From: Myxococcota bacterium
GTDB taxonomy: Bacteria > Myxococcota_A > UBA9160 > PR03
Direction of reading: 5' to 3'
Assembly: GCA_041611735.1 (NCBI GenBank)
Contig: JBFIML010000004.1
Span: 32,001 to 96,000 of the forward strand
Length of the DNA stretch: 64,000 nt
Position 1 is the stretch's first letter. Each line of letters starts with the position of its first letter. Positions 21,149-30,094 of the stretch are shown piece by piece. A model generated the notes under the pieces. The model saw only the letters and a program-made list of their open reading frames with translations. It was not told the DNA's origin and made no database searches. The position numbers were made by a program, and so were the translations under genes.

Positions 21149-24100
21149 GTGCACATCCGCATCCTCTTCGTTGCGCTGGTCGCTCTGGTCCTGGCGGCAC
21201 CCGTGTGTGGCCCGACCGTGTTCGTCGCCATCTCGCCGCAGACCGGACAGGTGATCGCCGTGCTCTCGTTCCCGGTGCAGGTCGAGATCAACACGAGCGT
21301 GGCGAATCCGAGCACCCTCGAGGTGACGCTGAACGACGTACCCCTCGCCATGGCCGGGGGGCCCGCGGTCTGGACGGCCACCGTGAACGCCGGCGGGCCC
21401 GTCCTCGACGACAACGTGCTCAAGGCGCGCGTCAAGCTGAACGACGGCACGCCGGTGGCGCGCCAGGTGCAGTTCCAGTACCAGCCGCCCAAGGCGCGCG
21501 CACGCAAGATCACGAACCCCGCCGACCTGATCGAGGGGCCGCTGGCCCACGGCCGGGTCGGGGACTACGTGATCGAGAATGCCGTGGCCCGCTTCGTGAT
21601 CCAGGACGGCCCGAAGCGCGACATCTACAGCGTCGGGCAGTTCGGCGGCAACGTGATCGACGCCGAGCGGGTGGTGAGCGGCGTGCGCCAGGGCAACGAC
21701 AATTTCTTCGAGATGCAGCCCGGCGTGAACATCGAGACGGTGATCAACGCGGATGTGGTCGAGGTGGTGAACGACGGGCAGAACGCCCTTCCGGCGGTGG
21801 TCCGTGCCTGCGGCCCGGACGACCTGATCGACTTCATCAACGCCTCCTCCGCGGTCGCCGACTTCGGCCTGCCCCCGCCGGCGGGCACCGACGACAACGA
21901 CATGGACCTGGAGGGCTGCACCACCTACACGCTCACCGCCAGCGACTCCCACCTCTCGGTCCAGACCACGCTCACCTACAACTCGGGCCCGAACGTGAAC
22001 CTCTTCTCGGGCGACTACCTGAACGGGGCCGGCGAGCTGGAGCAGTGGACCAGCAATTCGGCCATCCTCGGCGCCTCGAGGCAGGGCATCGGCGAGATGC
22101 TCGCCAACGCCTCCTTCGACGTGTTCAGCTACTTCGGCTTCGGCCAGGGCCTGGGCACCAGCTACGGGGTCTTGCCGCGTCCGGTGGCGGGCGCCTTCGT
22201 CCCCGTGTCGAGCTCCTTCAGCACCTCCGGGGTCTCCTACGTGCTGGCGGGAAGCTCGATCCCGCTGGTGCTGGCCGGCTTCACCGTGCCGACCTTTGGG
22301 AACGTCCCGGCCGGCGCCAGCCGCTCCTTCACGCGGCTGTTCCAGGTGGCGGACGGGAGCCCGTCGCGTCTCGTGGACCTGCAGCTGGCCCTGGACGGCT
22401 TCCCGAACGAGGGGACCCTGCAGGGGGTCGTGCGTGTGGGCGGCGTGCCGGTGCCGGGCGCCCGCGTGGTGGCGGGCCCGCTGAACCCGGCCCAGACCGA
22501 GATCCTCGAACCCTCCTCGATCTGGGTCACCGACGCCAACGGCTTCTACTCGGGCAAGCTCGTCCAGGGCACCTATGGCGTGGCGGCGTCACTGCAGGGC
22601 GCGCTCTACGAGCCGGGCGGGCCCACGGCCACCAAGCCCAAGGCAAACGTGGTATCGATCACCGCGAGCAACACGACGACGAAGGACGTGGCGCTCCCGG
22701 CCACCGGCCGGGTGCGCGTCAACGTGGTGGACCACCTGAACGCGCCGCTCCCGGCGCGGGTCAGCGTGGTCGGCTTCGACCCGAGTCCCGAGATCCCGAT
22801 CCCGTTCGCGGAGGGCCCGGTCTCGGGCACGACCGGGCTGTTCCGGGACGTGACCAAGGATTCCATGCAGTACGGCATCACCTGGGTGGCCTACGCGGGC
22901 GCCAATGGGGTGGCGGAGTTCAACCTGGAGCCCGGGACCTACGAGATCTTCGTCTCCCGGGGCACCGAGTACTCGCTCTTCCAGCAGTCGACGGTGGTGG
23001 GATCGGGCCCCTTCGGGACGGTGACCAACACCGTGAATGCCCAGCTCGTGAAGGTGCTCGACACGACGGGCTTCATCTCCTCCGACTACCACGTGCACAT
23101 GTTGGACAGCCCGGACTCGCGCATCAATCGATCGAACCGGGTTCATTCCATGGCGGGCGAGGGCGTCGACAACCTGATCATCACGGACCACGACGCGCTC
23201 CCGGACCCCGCGCCCCTGATCGCGTCGCTCGGCCTCGCCCCGTTCCTGCACTCGACCATCGGCGAGGAGATCACGAGCTTCGACTACGGGCACTTCAACG
23301 CCTATCCCCAGGCCCGGGATCCGGTGCCGCCCTCCGGCGGCTCCACCGACTTCGGCGGCGCGGCGCCGGTGGGCGACGACTTCCCCAGCAAGGGCCACTT
23401 CAACCTGACCCCGGCCCAGCTCCAGAACGAGGCCAAGAACAAGCTGAAGACCGGCGGCGGCCTGCAGAACGCGGGGCTCACCACCGTGGTGCACGTGAAC
23501 CACATCGACAGCCACTTCCAGCCCCTGCAGATCAACACCGCCGCCCAGCCCCCCACCTCGCTGAGCGGCGCGAGCGCCTCCTTCTTCCGGCTCGACCCCA
23601 TGGTCCCGAACTTCTTCAATGCGAACTTCGAGGGGCTCGAGCTCTGGAACGGCAGCGGCCGCGGCGACCAGGACCAGTTCCTGTTCGAGCGCATGGGGAT
23701 CTGGATGAACCTGCTCAACCAGGGCATCCCCATGACCTTCATCGCCGACACCGACACCCACACGTTCTTCGACCTGGAGACGGCGGGAGCGCGCACCTGG
23801 ACGCCCACCTCCACCGGCTCCGACGCCCCGAACCAGATCCTGGACAACGACATCGGGACGGCCATCGACGCCGGGAAGGCGCTGGGCGGCCAGGGCATCT
23901 ACGTGAAGACCCGGCTGGTGGACACCGAGACCACCAACGAGGCCAACTTCGAGTGGAGTGGCTCCACCCTGGTCACCGCCACGGACGGCACTGTGAACCT
24001 CGAGATCGACGTGCAGGCACCCACCTGGGCCTCCTACGATCGGATCGAGATCTACACCAACGCCCAGACCTGCAAGTGCACGACGGCCCGCTGCAACGGA

Positions 24101-24508
24101 ATCCCGGTGGGCACCCGCATGCTCTACGGCGCGCTCCCGAGCCAGGTGCTCACGCTGGGCGGCGGCGGCTTCACGGTCACCACCGAGCCGGGCCTGGACG
24201 GCGGCCAGCGCCGGCGCACCCAGAAGACCGTGAGCCTGGGGAGCCCGACGCCGCTCACCCAGGACACCTGGGTGGTGGTGGTGGTGAAGGGCACCGTGAA
24301 CGCGAGCCCGCCGATGTTCCCGGTCTACCCGCGCAACCTGACCTCTGGAGACAACCCGAACCTGGCGGCACTGCTCAGCAACACGGTGAGCGAGGCGGGC
24401 ACCCGGGCGCTCGGGGCCACCAACGCGCTCTACCTGGACGTGGACGGCAACGCCGCCTTCGACGCGCCCGGCTGTGCGGGCCGCTGCAACGTCTCGCTCT
24501 GCCCCTGA
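21149..24508 (+). CDS. Large secreted CehA/McbA-family (PHP-like) metallohydrolase with Ig-like/carboxypeptidase-regulatory-like domains
   Basis: Signal peptide; SRGTEYS linker; SSDYHVH, ITDHD, GEEIT..YGHFNAYP, VNH, ADTDTH metal ligands. Start GTG 21149 (ATG 21092 possible). Confidence 0.8.
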   Translation: MHIRILFVALVALVLAAPVCGPTVFVAISPQTGQVIAVLSFPVQVEINTSVANPSTLEVTLNDVPLAMAGGPAVWTATVNAGGPVLDDNVLKARVKLNDGTPVARQVQFQYQPPKARARKITNPADLIEGPLAHGRVGDYVIENAVARFVIQDGPKRDIYSVGQFGGNVIDAERVVSGVRQGNDNFFEMQPGVNIETVINADVVEVVNDGQNALPAVVRACGPDDLIDFINASSAVADFGLPPPAGTDDNDMDLEGCTTYTLTASDSHLSVQTTLTYNSGPNVNLFSGDYLNGAGELEQWTSNSAILGASRQGIGEMLANASFDVFSYFGFGQGLGTSYGVLPRPVAGAFVPVSSSFSTSGVSYVLAGSSIPLVLAGFTVPTFGNVPAGASRSFTRLFQVADGSPSRLVDLQLALDGFPNEGTLQGVVRVGGVPVPGARVVAGPLNPAQTEILEPSSIWVTDANGFYSGKLVQGTYGVAASLQGALYEPGGPTATKPKANVVSITASNTTTKDVALPATGRVRVNVVDHLNAPLPARVSVVGFDPSPEIPIPFAEGPVSGTTGLFRDVTKDSMQYGITWVAYAGANGVAEFNLEPGTYEIFVSRGTEYSLFQQSTVVGSGPFGTVTNTVNAQLVKVLDTTGFISSDYHVHMLDSPDSRINRSNRVHSMAGEGVDNLIITDHDALPDPAPLIASLGLAPFLHSTIGEEITSFDYGHFNAYPQARDPVPPSGGSTDFGGAAPVGDDFPSKGHFNLTPAQLQNEAKNKLKTGGGLQNAGLTTVVHVNHIDSHFQPLQINTAAQPPTSLSGASASFFRLDPMVPNFFNANFEGLELWNGSGRGDQDQFLFERMGIWMNLLNQGIPMTFIADTDTHTFFDLETAGARTWTPTSTGSDAPNQILDNDIGTAIDAGKALGGQGIYVKTRLVDTETTNEANFEWSGSTLVTATDGTVNLEIDVQAPTWASYDRIEIYTNAQTCKCTTARCNGIPVGTRMLYGALPSQVLTLGGGGFTVTTEPGLDGGQRRRTQKTVSLGSPTPLTQDTWVVVVVKGTVNASPPMFPVYPRNLTSGDNPNLAALLSNTVSEAGTRALGATNALYLDVDGNAAFDAPGCAGRCNVSLCP

Positions 24509-25734
24509 GACCGTTCGCCCTGACCCTCGTCCTGCTCCTCGCGCCGCTTGCGGCGCGGGGAGCCGGCGTGCCCGCGCACGGCGGCGAGCCCTTGCTGGCC
24601 GCCGCCGAGCAGGCGAGCGCCACGCTCGTGGGGAGCGTGACGGAGTCCGCCCAGGTGGATCGCCACGGCTGGGCGGCGTCCCTGCGGGTGGAGCGCGTGC
24701 TCACCGGGACGCTCGCCCCCGGCGCCAGCGTACGCATGGCCTGGGAGGAGCTCTCCCGGGGACGGCCCGCCCGCTTCGAGGATGGCGACCGCATCCTGGT
24801 CGCTCTCGTGCCGCTTCCCACCGCCACGCTGTGGCGGCAGCGCTTCCCGGACGGCCAGGGGTACGCGGTGGCCGCCGAGGGCGACGGCTTCCTGCGCGCC
24901 CCCGACACGGCCAGCGTGGAGGGCCTCGCCGCCTTCCTGGCCGTCCCCGCCGGCGAGCGCGGCCGCGAGGCGGGCGTGACGGCCCTGGCCGACCTGACCG
25001 CCCGGGCCCAGCCGCCCTTGGCCCGGGCCGCCCTGGAGCGGCTCGCCCGGCTGCCGGGCCTCGACGGACGCCTCGCGCCCGCCGCGCGCCAGCATCTGAC
25101 GGCGGCCGCCTCCGATGCCGCCCGGCCCCTGGAGCTGCGGCGGGCCACCTTGCGGCTGGTGGCCGACCGCCGCCTGAGCAACCTCCGGGACGCGGCGGAG
25201 GGGCTCGCCAGCGAGGGCTCGCCCGTGCGCGCCGAGGCGCTGGCCGCCCTGGCGGCGGTGGACGGGCAGCTGCCGGCCGAGCTGGTGGAACGCCTGCTCG
25301 AGAGCGACGAGGCCGCCTTGCGGGCGGTGGCGGCGCGTCACGCGCCGGGCACGCCGGCGGAGAGCCGGCTCTCCCGTCTGCTGCGCGCGGACCGGGCGCC
25401 GGAGGTGCGCCTGGCCGCCGTGGAGACGCTGCTGGCAAGTCAGGGCGAGGGCGCCATCGGAGTCGTCAGCCGGGCCCTGTTCGATTCCGACGAGGCGGTG
25501 CGACTGGCGGCGGCGCGCGGCCTGGGAGGTCTCGGAGAGGCGGCGGTCCCGACCCTCGAGCACCTGGTGGAGCGCAGCCCCCCCGACGAGGTGCGGGTGC
25601 CCATGGCCGCCCTGTCCCTGGCGGGAATTCCGGGGCGACACGCGCTGGAGCGGATCGCCGCGACCCACGAGGACGAGATGGTGCGCGGACTGGCCCGGGC
25701 CATGCTGGGCCGCGAGGCCTTCCCGCGCCACTGA
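24505..25734 (+). CDS. Secreted HEAT-repeat protein
   Basis: Signal-like LTLVLLLAPLAARG; repeats SPVRAEALAAL, AALRAVAA, PEVRLAAVETL, EAVRLAAARGLG. Start uncertain (CTG 24505 overlaps upstream TGA). Confidence 0.75.
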   Translation: MRPFALTLVLLLAPLAARGAGVPAHGGEPLLAAAEQASATLVGSVTESAQVDRHGWAASLRVERVLTGTLAPGASVRMAWEELSRGRPARFEDGDRILVALVPLPTATLWRQRFPDGQGYAVAAEGDGFLRAPDTASVEGLAAFLAVPAGERGREAGVTALADLTARAQPPLARAALERLARLPGLDGRLAPAARQHLTAAASDAARPLELRRATLRLVADRRLSNLRDAAEGLASEGSPVRAEALAALAAVDGQLPAELVERLLESDEAALRAVAARHAPGTPAESRLSRLLRADRAPEVRLAAVETLLASQGEGAIGVVSRALFDSDEAVRLAAARGLGGLGEAAVPTLEHLVERSPPDEVRVPMAALSLAGIPGRHALERIAATHEDEMVRGLARAMLGREAFPRH

Positions 25735-25772
25735 GCCGGGCCTGGCGGGCCAGCGGCCGCCCGGCCCGACCG

Positions 25773-26030
25773 CTACGGCGCCCTCGAGCTGCTCCCCGCT
25801 CTTCGGGGCGAGATCGAGAACCAGACCGACGCCAGACACGTGGACTCGCACTCCCGCGCATCGGGCCCGAGGGGCGTGAAGCGCGGGTCTGGAGGATCGG
25901 GCGACCGTTGGCTTGGGGCACGTCCACGTCCGCAGCGGGGCTCAGCACCTCCGTCACGTCCTCGGCCTCCCGGGGAAGCCACTCCTGCCGGTAGAACTCG
26001 CCCACCGCGGGGGCAGCCTTCCCCCAGAAC
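25773..26030 (-). pseudogene. Frameshifted C-terminal remnant of a conserved secreted hypothetical protein
   Basis: Three consecutive frames give VGEFYRQEWLPREAEDVTEVLS..VDVP..LQTR / FTPLGPDARE / GVGLVLDLAPKSGEQLE. This matches a recalled family pattern YRQE..GEAED.AEV...TPLEP....K.YA.G.GL; the 5' part is missing. Confidence 0.55.
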
Positions 26031-26132
26031 GGCTCGCGTCGCGAAGGCACACGTCCGGGCGGCCGCGTATCACAAGCGTGCGATGCCGGAAAGGAACCGT
26101 CGCGGCACACTGACGCCGAGGAGGTATCGACC

Positions 26133-26681
26133 GTGAGCGAGAGGTCCATCCGAATCCGCTGGGCCGCCCTGGGGCTCGGCGCCTTCGTCCTCCTGATGGG
26201 ACTCGAGGTCCTGACGGAAGACGACCCCATCGAGCTGGCCGACTTCCTCGGGGACGCCCTGCAGACCGCCCTGATCGTGGCGTCGGCGACGGGGGTGACG
26301 CTCCTGGCGGGCCGCTTTCAGGAAGAGCGGGAGGAGAAGCAGGCCCTGACCCGGGACCTCCAGATGGCGCGGGCCGAGGGGGCCGCCTGGCGCGAACGCG
26401 CCCAGAGCTACCTGTCCGGGCTCGGCGAGGAGATCGAGAAGCAGTTCGAGAGCTGGCAGCTCACCCAGGCCGAGCGGGAGGTGGGACTGCTCATGTTGAA
26501 GGGCTTCTCCCATGGCGAGATCGCTGGCCTGCGCGGAACGACGGAGGCCACGGTTCGTCACCAGGCCCGAGCCACCTACCAGAAGTCGAGCCTGCCGGGT
26601 CGGACCGCCTTCTGCGCCTACTTCCTCGAGGATCTGCTCCCGGCGGGAGGCGCCAGCGCCCGCACGCGCCCGCTGGCCTGA
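26133..26681 (+). CDS. Membrane-anchored LuxR-type HTH regulator
   Basis: Two TM helices, coiled coil, LTQAEREVGLLMLKGFSHGEIAGLRGTTEATVRHQARATYQK; GAGGAGG RBS. Confidence 0.9.
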   Translation: MSERSIRIRWAALGLGAFVLLMGLEVLTEDDPIELADFLGDALQTALIVASATGVTLLAGRFQEEREEKQALTRDLQMARAEGAAWRERAQSYLSGLGEEIEKQFESWQLTQAEREVGLLMLKGFSHGEIAGLRGTTEATVRHQARATYQKSSLPGRTAFCAYFLEDLLPAGGASARTRPLA

Positions 26682-26735
26682 GTCCTTCCCGCGGAGGTTG
26701 CGCGCTCCAGCGGACGGAGGAACCGTAGAGCGCGC

Positions 26736-28274
26736 ATGTCCCGGCGCAGCCTGACGCTGGTCGCGCTCCGGTGGACGCTGGCCGCTCTCCTGGCCGTCTC
26801 CCATGCGGGCGAGCCCGCCCGGGCCGCTGGGGTGGAAGCCCCCGCCGGCGGGCGGGAGCAGCCGGATCCGGACCAGGCGGACCCGGACGACGCGGACTCG
26901 GACGAAGGTCTCCGGCAGCGGCTCACGGAGCGCGAGGACAAGCGCCGGCCCGTGGAGCCCTGGAGCACCGACGTCCTGGGGCGACCCCTCACGGTGACGG
27001 GCGAGTACGAGATCGAGCTCGACTACCGGCGGCGCCGGCTCCTGGGCGACGTCGCGGACTCGCCGCATCGCTTCCTGCTGCAGCAGGGATTCGAGCTGGA
27101 GGCCTTCTACAGCTTCGGCCTGCCGCTCTCGCTGTTCGCACAGGGGACGCTGCGAATGGAGGAGGACCTCCTGTCGAACACCTTCGAGGCGGTCTCCGAC
27201 TACTTCGTGGAACGGGGCGAGATGTGGCTCTACAGCGAGGACATCGCCGGGTCCCCCGTGAACCTGGACCTCGGACGCCTGCATTTCGAGGACGAACGCC
27301 GCTGGTGGTGGGACGACGAGCTCGACGCGGTGCGCGTGGCCTACGAGACGGAGAGCTACGAGATCGTCCTCGCCCTGGCCCGGGAGCTGGCTCCCGAGCG
27401 CTCGGACCTCGGCGACGTGGACCCGGAGCAGGAGCGCGTGCTCCGGCTGATCGGAGAAGCCTCCTGGGACTGGGGCGCGAACCACGCCGTGGAGCTCTTC
27501 CTGCTGCACCAGGACGATCATTCCCCCACGGAGCGCCCGGGACGCATCGTGCGCGTGGAGCGCGAGGACGACTCGGACGCCCGGCTCACCTGGCTCGGCG
27601 CGCGCGCCCTGGGCGTCTTCGACCTGCGCTCGCGGGGGATCCTCGGCTACTGGCTCGACGCGGCCTGGGTCCGCGGCCGGGAGCGGCACCTGGAGTTCGA
27701 GGAGCTCTCGCCCCGACGCAGCCAGGTGGAGGCGCTCGCGAGCCGGGACGTGCGCGGCTGGGGCTTCGACGCCGGGATCAGCTGGCTCCCGCCCCTCCGG
27801 TGGGAGCCACGCGTCTTCACCGGGTACGCCTGGGGCTCCGGCGACGCGACCCCCGAGCGGGGCACCGATCGCTCGTTCCGCCAGACCGGGATCCACGCCA
27901 ACGAGGCCGGCTTCGGGGGCGTGGAGCGCTTCCCGCACTACGGGGTGCTGCTGGATCCGGAGCTCTCCAACCTCGGAATCCTGACGCTCGGAGCCGGGCT
28001 CTCGCTGCTCCGGTCGAGCTCCCTGGATCTGGTGTTCCACCACTACCGCCTGGTGGAGCCCGCCGCCTCCCTGCGCGATGCCGCGCTGGAAGCCGAGCTC
28101 ACCGGCGAGCACCGGGACCTCGGACAGGCGTTCGATCTGGTGCTGGCGCTCGAGGAGTGGGAGCGCCTGGAGTTCGAGGTGATCGGATCCGCCTTCCGGG
28201 CAGGCCGGGCCTTCGGGGCGGAACGGGGAACCTGGAGCTACGGGGGCTTCCTGGCCGTGCGCTACGCCTTCTGA
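26736..28274 (+). CDS. Alginate export (AlgE-like) outer-membrane beta-barrel
   Basis: Signal peptide; GRLHFEDERRWWWDDELDAVR, GYAWGSGD, FRQTG, PELSNL; terminal aromatic strand VRYAF. Confidence 0.85.
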   Translation: MSRRSLTLVALRWTLAALLAVSHAGEPARAAGVEAPAGGREQPDPDQADPDDADSDEGLRQRLTEREDKRRPVEPWSTDVLGRPLTVTGEYEIELDYRRRRLLGDVADSPHRFLLQQGFELEAFYSFGLPLSLFAQGTLRMEEDLLSNTFEAVSDYFVERGEMWLYSEDIAGSPVNLDLGRLHFEDERRWWWDDELDAVRVAYETESYEIVLALARELAPERSDLGDVDPEQERVLRLIGEASWDWGANHAVELFLLHQDDHSPTERPGRIVRVEREDDSDARLTWLGARALGVFDLRSRGILGYWLDAAWVRGRERHLEFEELSPRRSQVEALASRDVRGWGFDAGISWLPPLRWEPRVFTGYAWGSGDATPERGTDRSFRQTGIHANEAGFGGVERFPHYGVLLDPELSNLGILTLGAGLSLLRSSSLDLVFHHYRLVEPAASLRDAALEAELTGEHRDLGQAFDLVLALEEWERLEFEVIGSAFRAGRAFGAERGTWSYGGFLAVRYAF

Positions 28275-28355
28275 CGCTTCCGGCCCGGTGCAGCCCGGGC
28301 AGCGCCTCGCATGCGAGGCCCCGTCGGTGCACTCCCGCCGTGGGCGAAGAGTCGA

Positions 28356-29135
28356 TCAGTCAAGCACGTCCCCGAGCGCGAAGACCGCGTCCCCCACCCG
28401 GAGGTGGCGCTGCGCGGGCGCGATCCGGATGCGGAGCGCGCTCCCGTCCCACGCCGGCTCGCCCGCGGGCGCCGGGAGCCGGCGGCGCTCGTCACCCCGC
28501 ACCTGGATCGCTCCCGAGGCACCTGCCGCGTCGGCAAAGACGAGGCACGCCGCGCCCACCCCGGGTCGGCGCTCGCACCAATCGAGGGCATTGGCCACCC
28601 GCTCGAAGCGCTCGAGGGCGTGCTCGAGGAGCAGCGCCGCAGGCGCCCGCGCCGCTCCCGGCACCGAGGGCTCCAGGGCGCAGGCGGCGGCGAGGCCCGC
28701 CTCGTTCACGCCCGCGAGCGCCGCCGGGAGCCAGGGAAGCACCAGCGCCAGGGAGGGGAAGCCGGTCTCCGGGCGCGCCTCGCGCACCCGGAGCGGCGCG
28801 TCGTGCGCGGCGAGGACGAGCAGGCTCCCCGCTGCGTCCGCGCCGGAAGGCTCGCAGCGGGCTTCGAAGCGGAGCGGCGACGGGCCGAGCAGGGCGCGGG
28901 CGAGGGGGGGCACGAGGTCTGCCCGGGAGACCCCGGCGCCCCGGGCCAGGCCTTCCAGACGCTCGGCCAGGTGGGGGAAGTGACGGGCCAGGTCGCGTGC
29001 GAGCTCGCCCTGCACCGCGCCCGTCCGGGCGCCCGGATTCCGGAGGAGCTCGCTGCGGATCGCAGCCCGGCAGGCGCGGCCCTGGTCGAGGCCGAGATCC
29101 CGCGGCGCACCCTGGCACGCGATGCGCCGCAACAC
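28356..29135 (-). CDS. Divergent C45/Ntn-hydrolase-like protein
   Basis: GAPRDLGLDQG, PHLAERLEGLARGAGV and AGVNEAGLA are C45 (AAT) family motifs; protein is short. Confidence 0.55.
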   Translation of the reverse strand: MLRRIACQGAPRDLGLDQGRACRAAIRSELLRNPGARTGAVQGELARDLARHFPHLAERLEGLARGAGVSRADLVPPLARALLGPSPLRFEARCEPSGADAAGSLLVLAAHDAPLRVREARPETGFPSLALVLPWLPAALAGVNEAGLAAACALEPSVPGAARAPAALLLEHALERFERVANALDWCERRPGVGAACLVFADAAGASGAIQVRGDERRRLPAPAGEPAWDGSALRIRIAPAQRHLRVGDAVFALGDVLD

Positions 29136-29139
29136 CCGC

Positions 29140-29991
29140 TCAGGACGCGAACGGCGGATCCGGCAGCAGGACCTCGTTCAGCGAGCCGGTGCGATAGCCC
29201 TCGAGATCCAGGGCCACGTAGCGGAAGCCCAGGGGCTTGAGCGCCGCCACCAGGGCGCGCGCCGCCTCCGGATCCAGGGCCTGCGGCAGCTCGCTCGGGT
29301 CCACCTCCACGCGCGCGAGCTCCCCGTGGTGGCGCAGACGCACCTGCCGGAAGCCGAGGGCGCGCAGGCGCGCCTCGCCCTCCTCCACCTGGCGCAGACG
29401 CTCCGGAGTCACCGGGGTGCCGTAGGGCAGCCGCGAGGCCAGGCAGGCCGAGGCCGGGAGATCCGCGCTGGGCAGCCCCGCCGCCCGGGAGAGGGCGCGC
29501 ACCTCCGCCTTGGTGAGTCCCACGTCGAGCAGGGGCGAGAGCACGCCGTGCTGGTTCGCGGCCCGGTGACCCGGCCGGAAATCGCCCTGGTCGTCCTGGT
29601 TCACGCCGTAGGCCACGGCGTCGAAGCCGAGCTCGTCGCGCAGGCGGTCCAGCACCGTGAACAGCTCCGCCTTGCAGTGGAAGCAGCGGTCCGGTCGGTT
29701 GGCGCGGTAGGTATCGCTCTCCATCTCCCGGGTTTCGACGAAGCGGTGCGGGATGCCGAACTCCCGCGCGATCTGCTCCGCCATGGCCCGGTGGTGGGCG
29801 GGGTACGAGGGCGAGACCGCGGTCACCGCCAGGACCCCGTCCGCCAGGGTGCGGTGGGCCGCCCACGCCAGGTAGCTCGAATCGACGCCCCCGGAGTAGG
29901 CCACGAGCAGGCGTCCGGCCTGGCGCAGGCGCGCCTGGAGCGCGCGCTCCTTGGCCTCGAGGCCCGGGTCAAGCGGAGCGGCCGACGACAC
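29140..29991 (-). CDS. larE: ATP-dependent sulfur transferase LarE family
   Basis: AYSGGVDS PP-loop, RCFHCK, DFRPG, SPL, SACLASRLPYG, RLRHHG, LDLEGYRTGSLN. Confidence 0.92.
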   Translation of the reverse strand: MSSAAPLDPGLEAKERALQARLRQAGRLLVAYSGGVDSSYLAWAAHRTLADGVLAVTAVSPSYPAHHRAMAEQIAREFGIPHRFVETREMESDTYRANRPDRCFHCKAELFTVLDRLRDELGFDAVAYGVNQDDQGDFRPGHRAANQHGVLSPLLDVGLTKAEVRALSRAAGLPSADLPASACLASRLPYGTPVTPERLRQVEEGEARLRALGFRQVRLRHHGELARVEVDPSELPQALDPEAARALVAALKPLGFRYVALDLEGYRTGSLNEVLLPDPPFAS

Positions 29992-30094
29992 GAAAACCAG
30001 GGTACGAGCCGCCGGGAGGGCGGTCAAACCCCCGGGGCGGTTCGGTTTCGCCGCACGGGGCCGCGCAGTATGCTGCGCGGCGGGGGGAGACGGC

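Noticed and set aside
25735-26132. ncRNA or riboswitch in the long intergenic gap
   Set aside because: No recognisable RNA motif; better explained as a pseudogene remnant.
26736-28274. Alginate biosynthesis locus
   Set aside because: Only the porin-like gene is present; no alg8/alg44/algK/algG/algD in the window.
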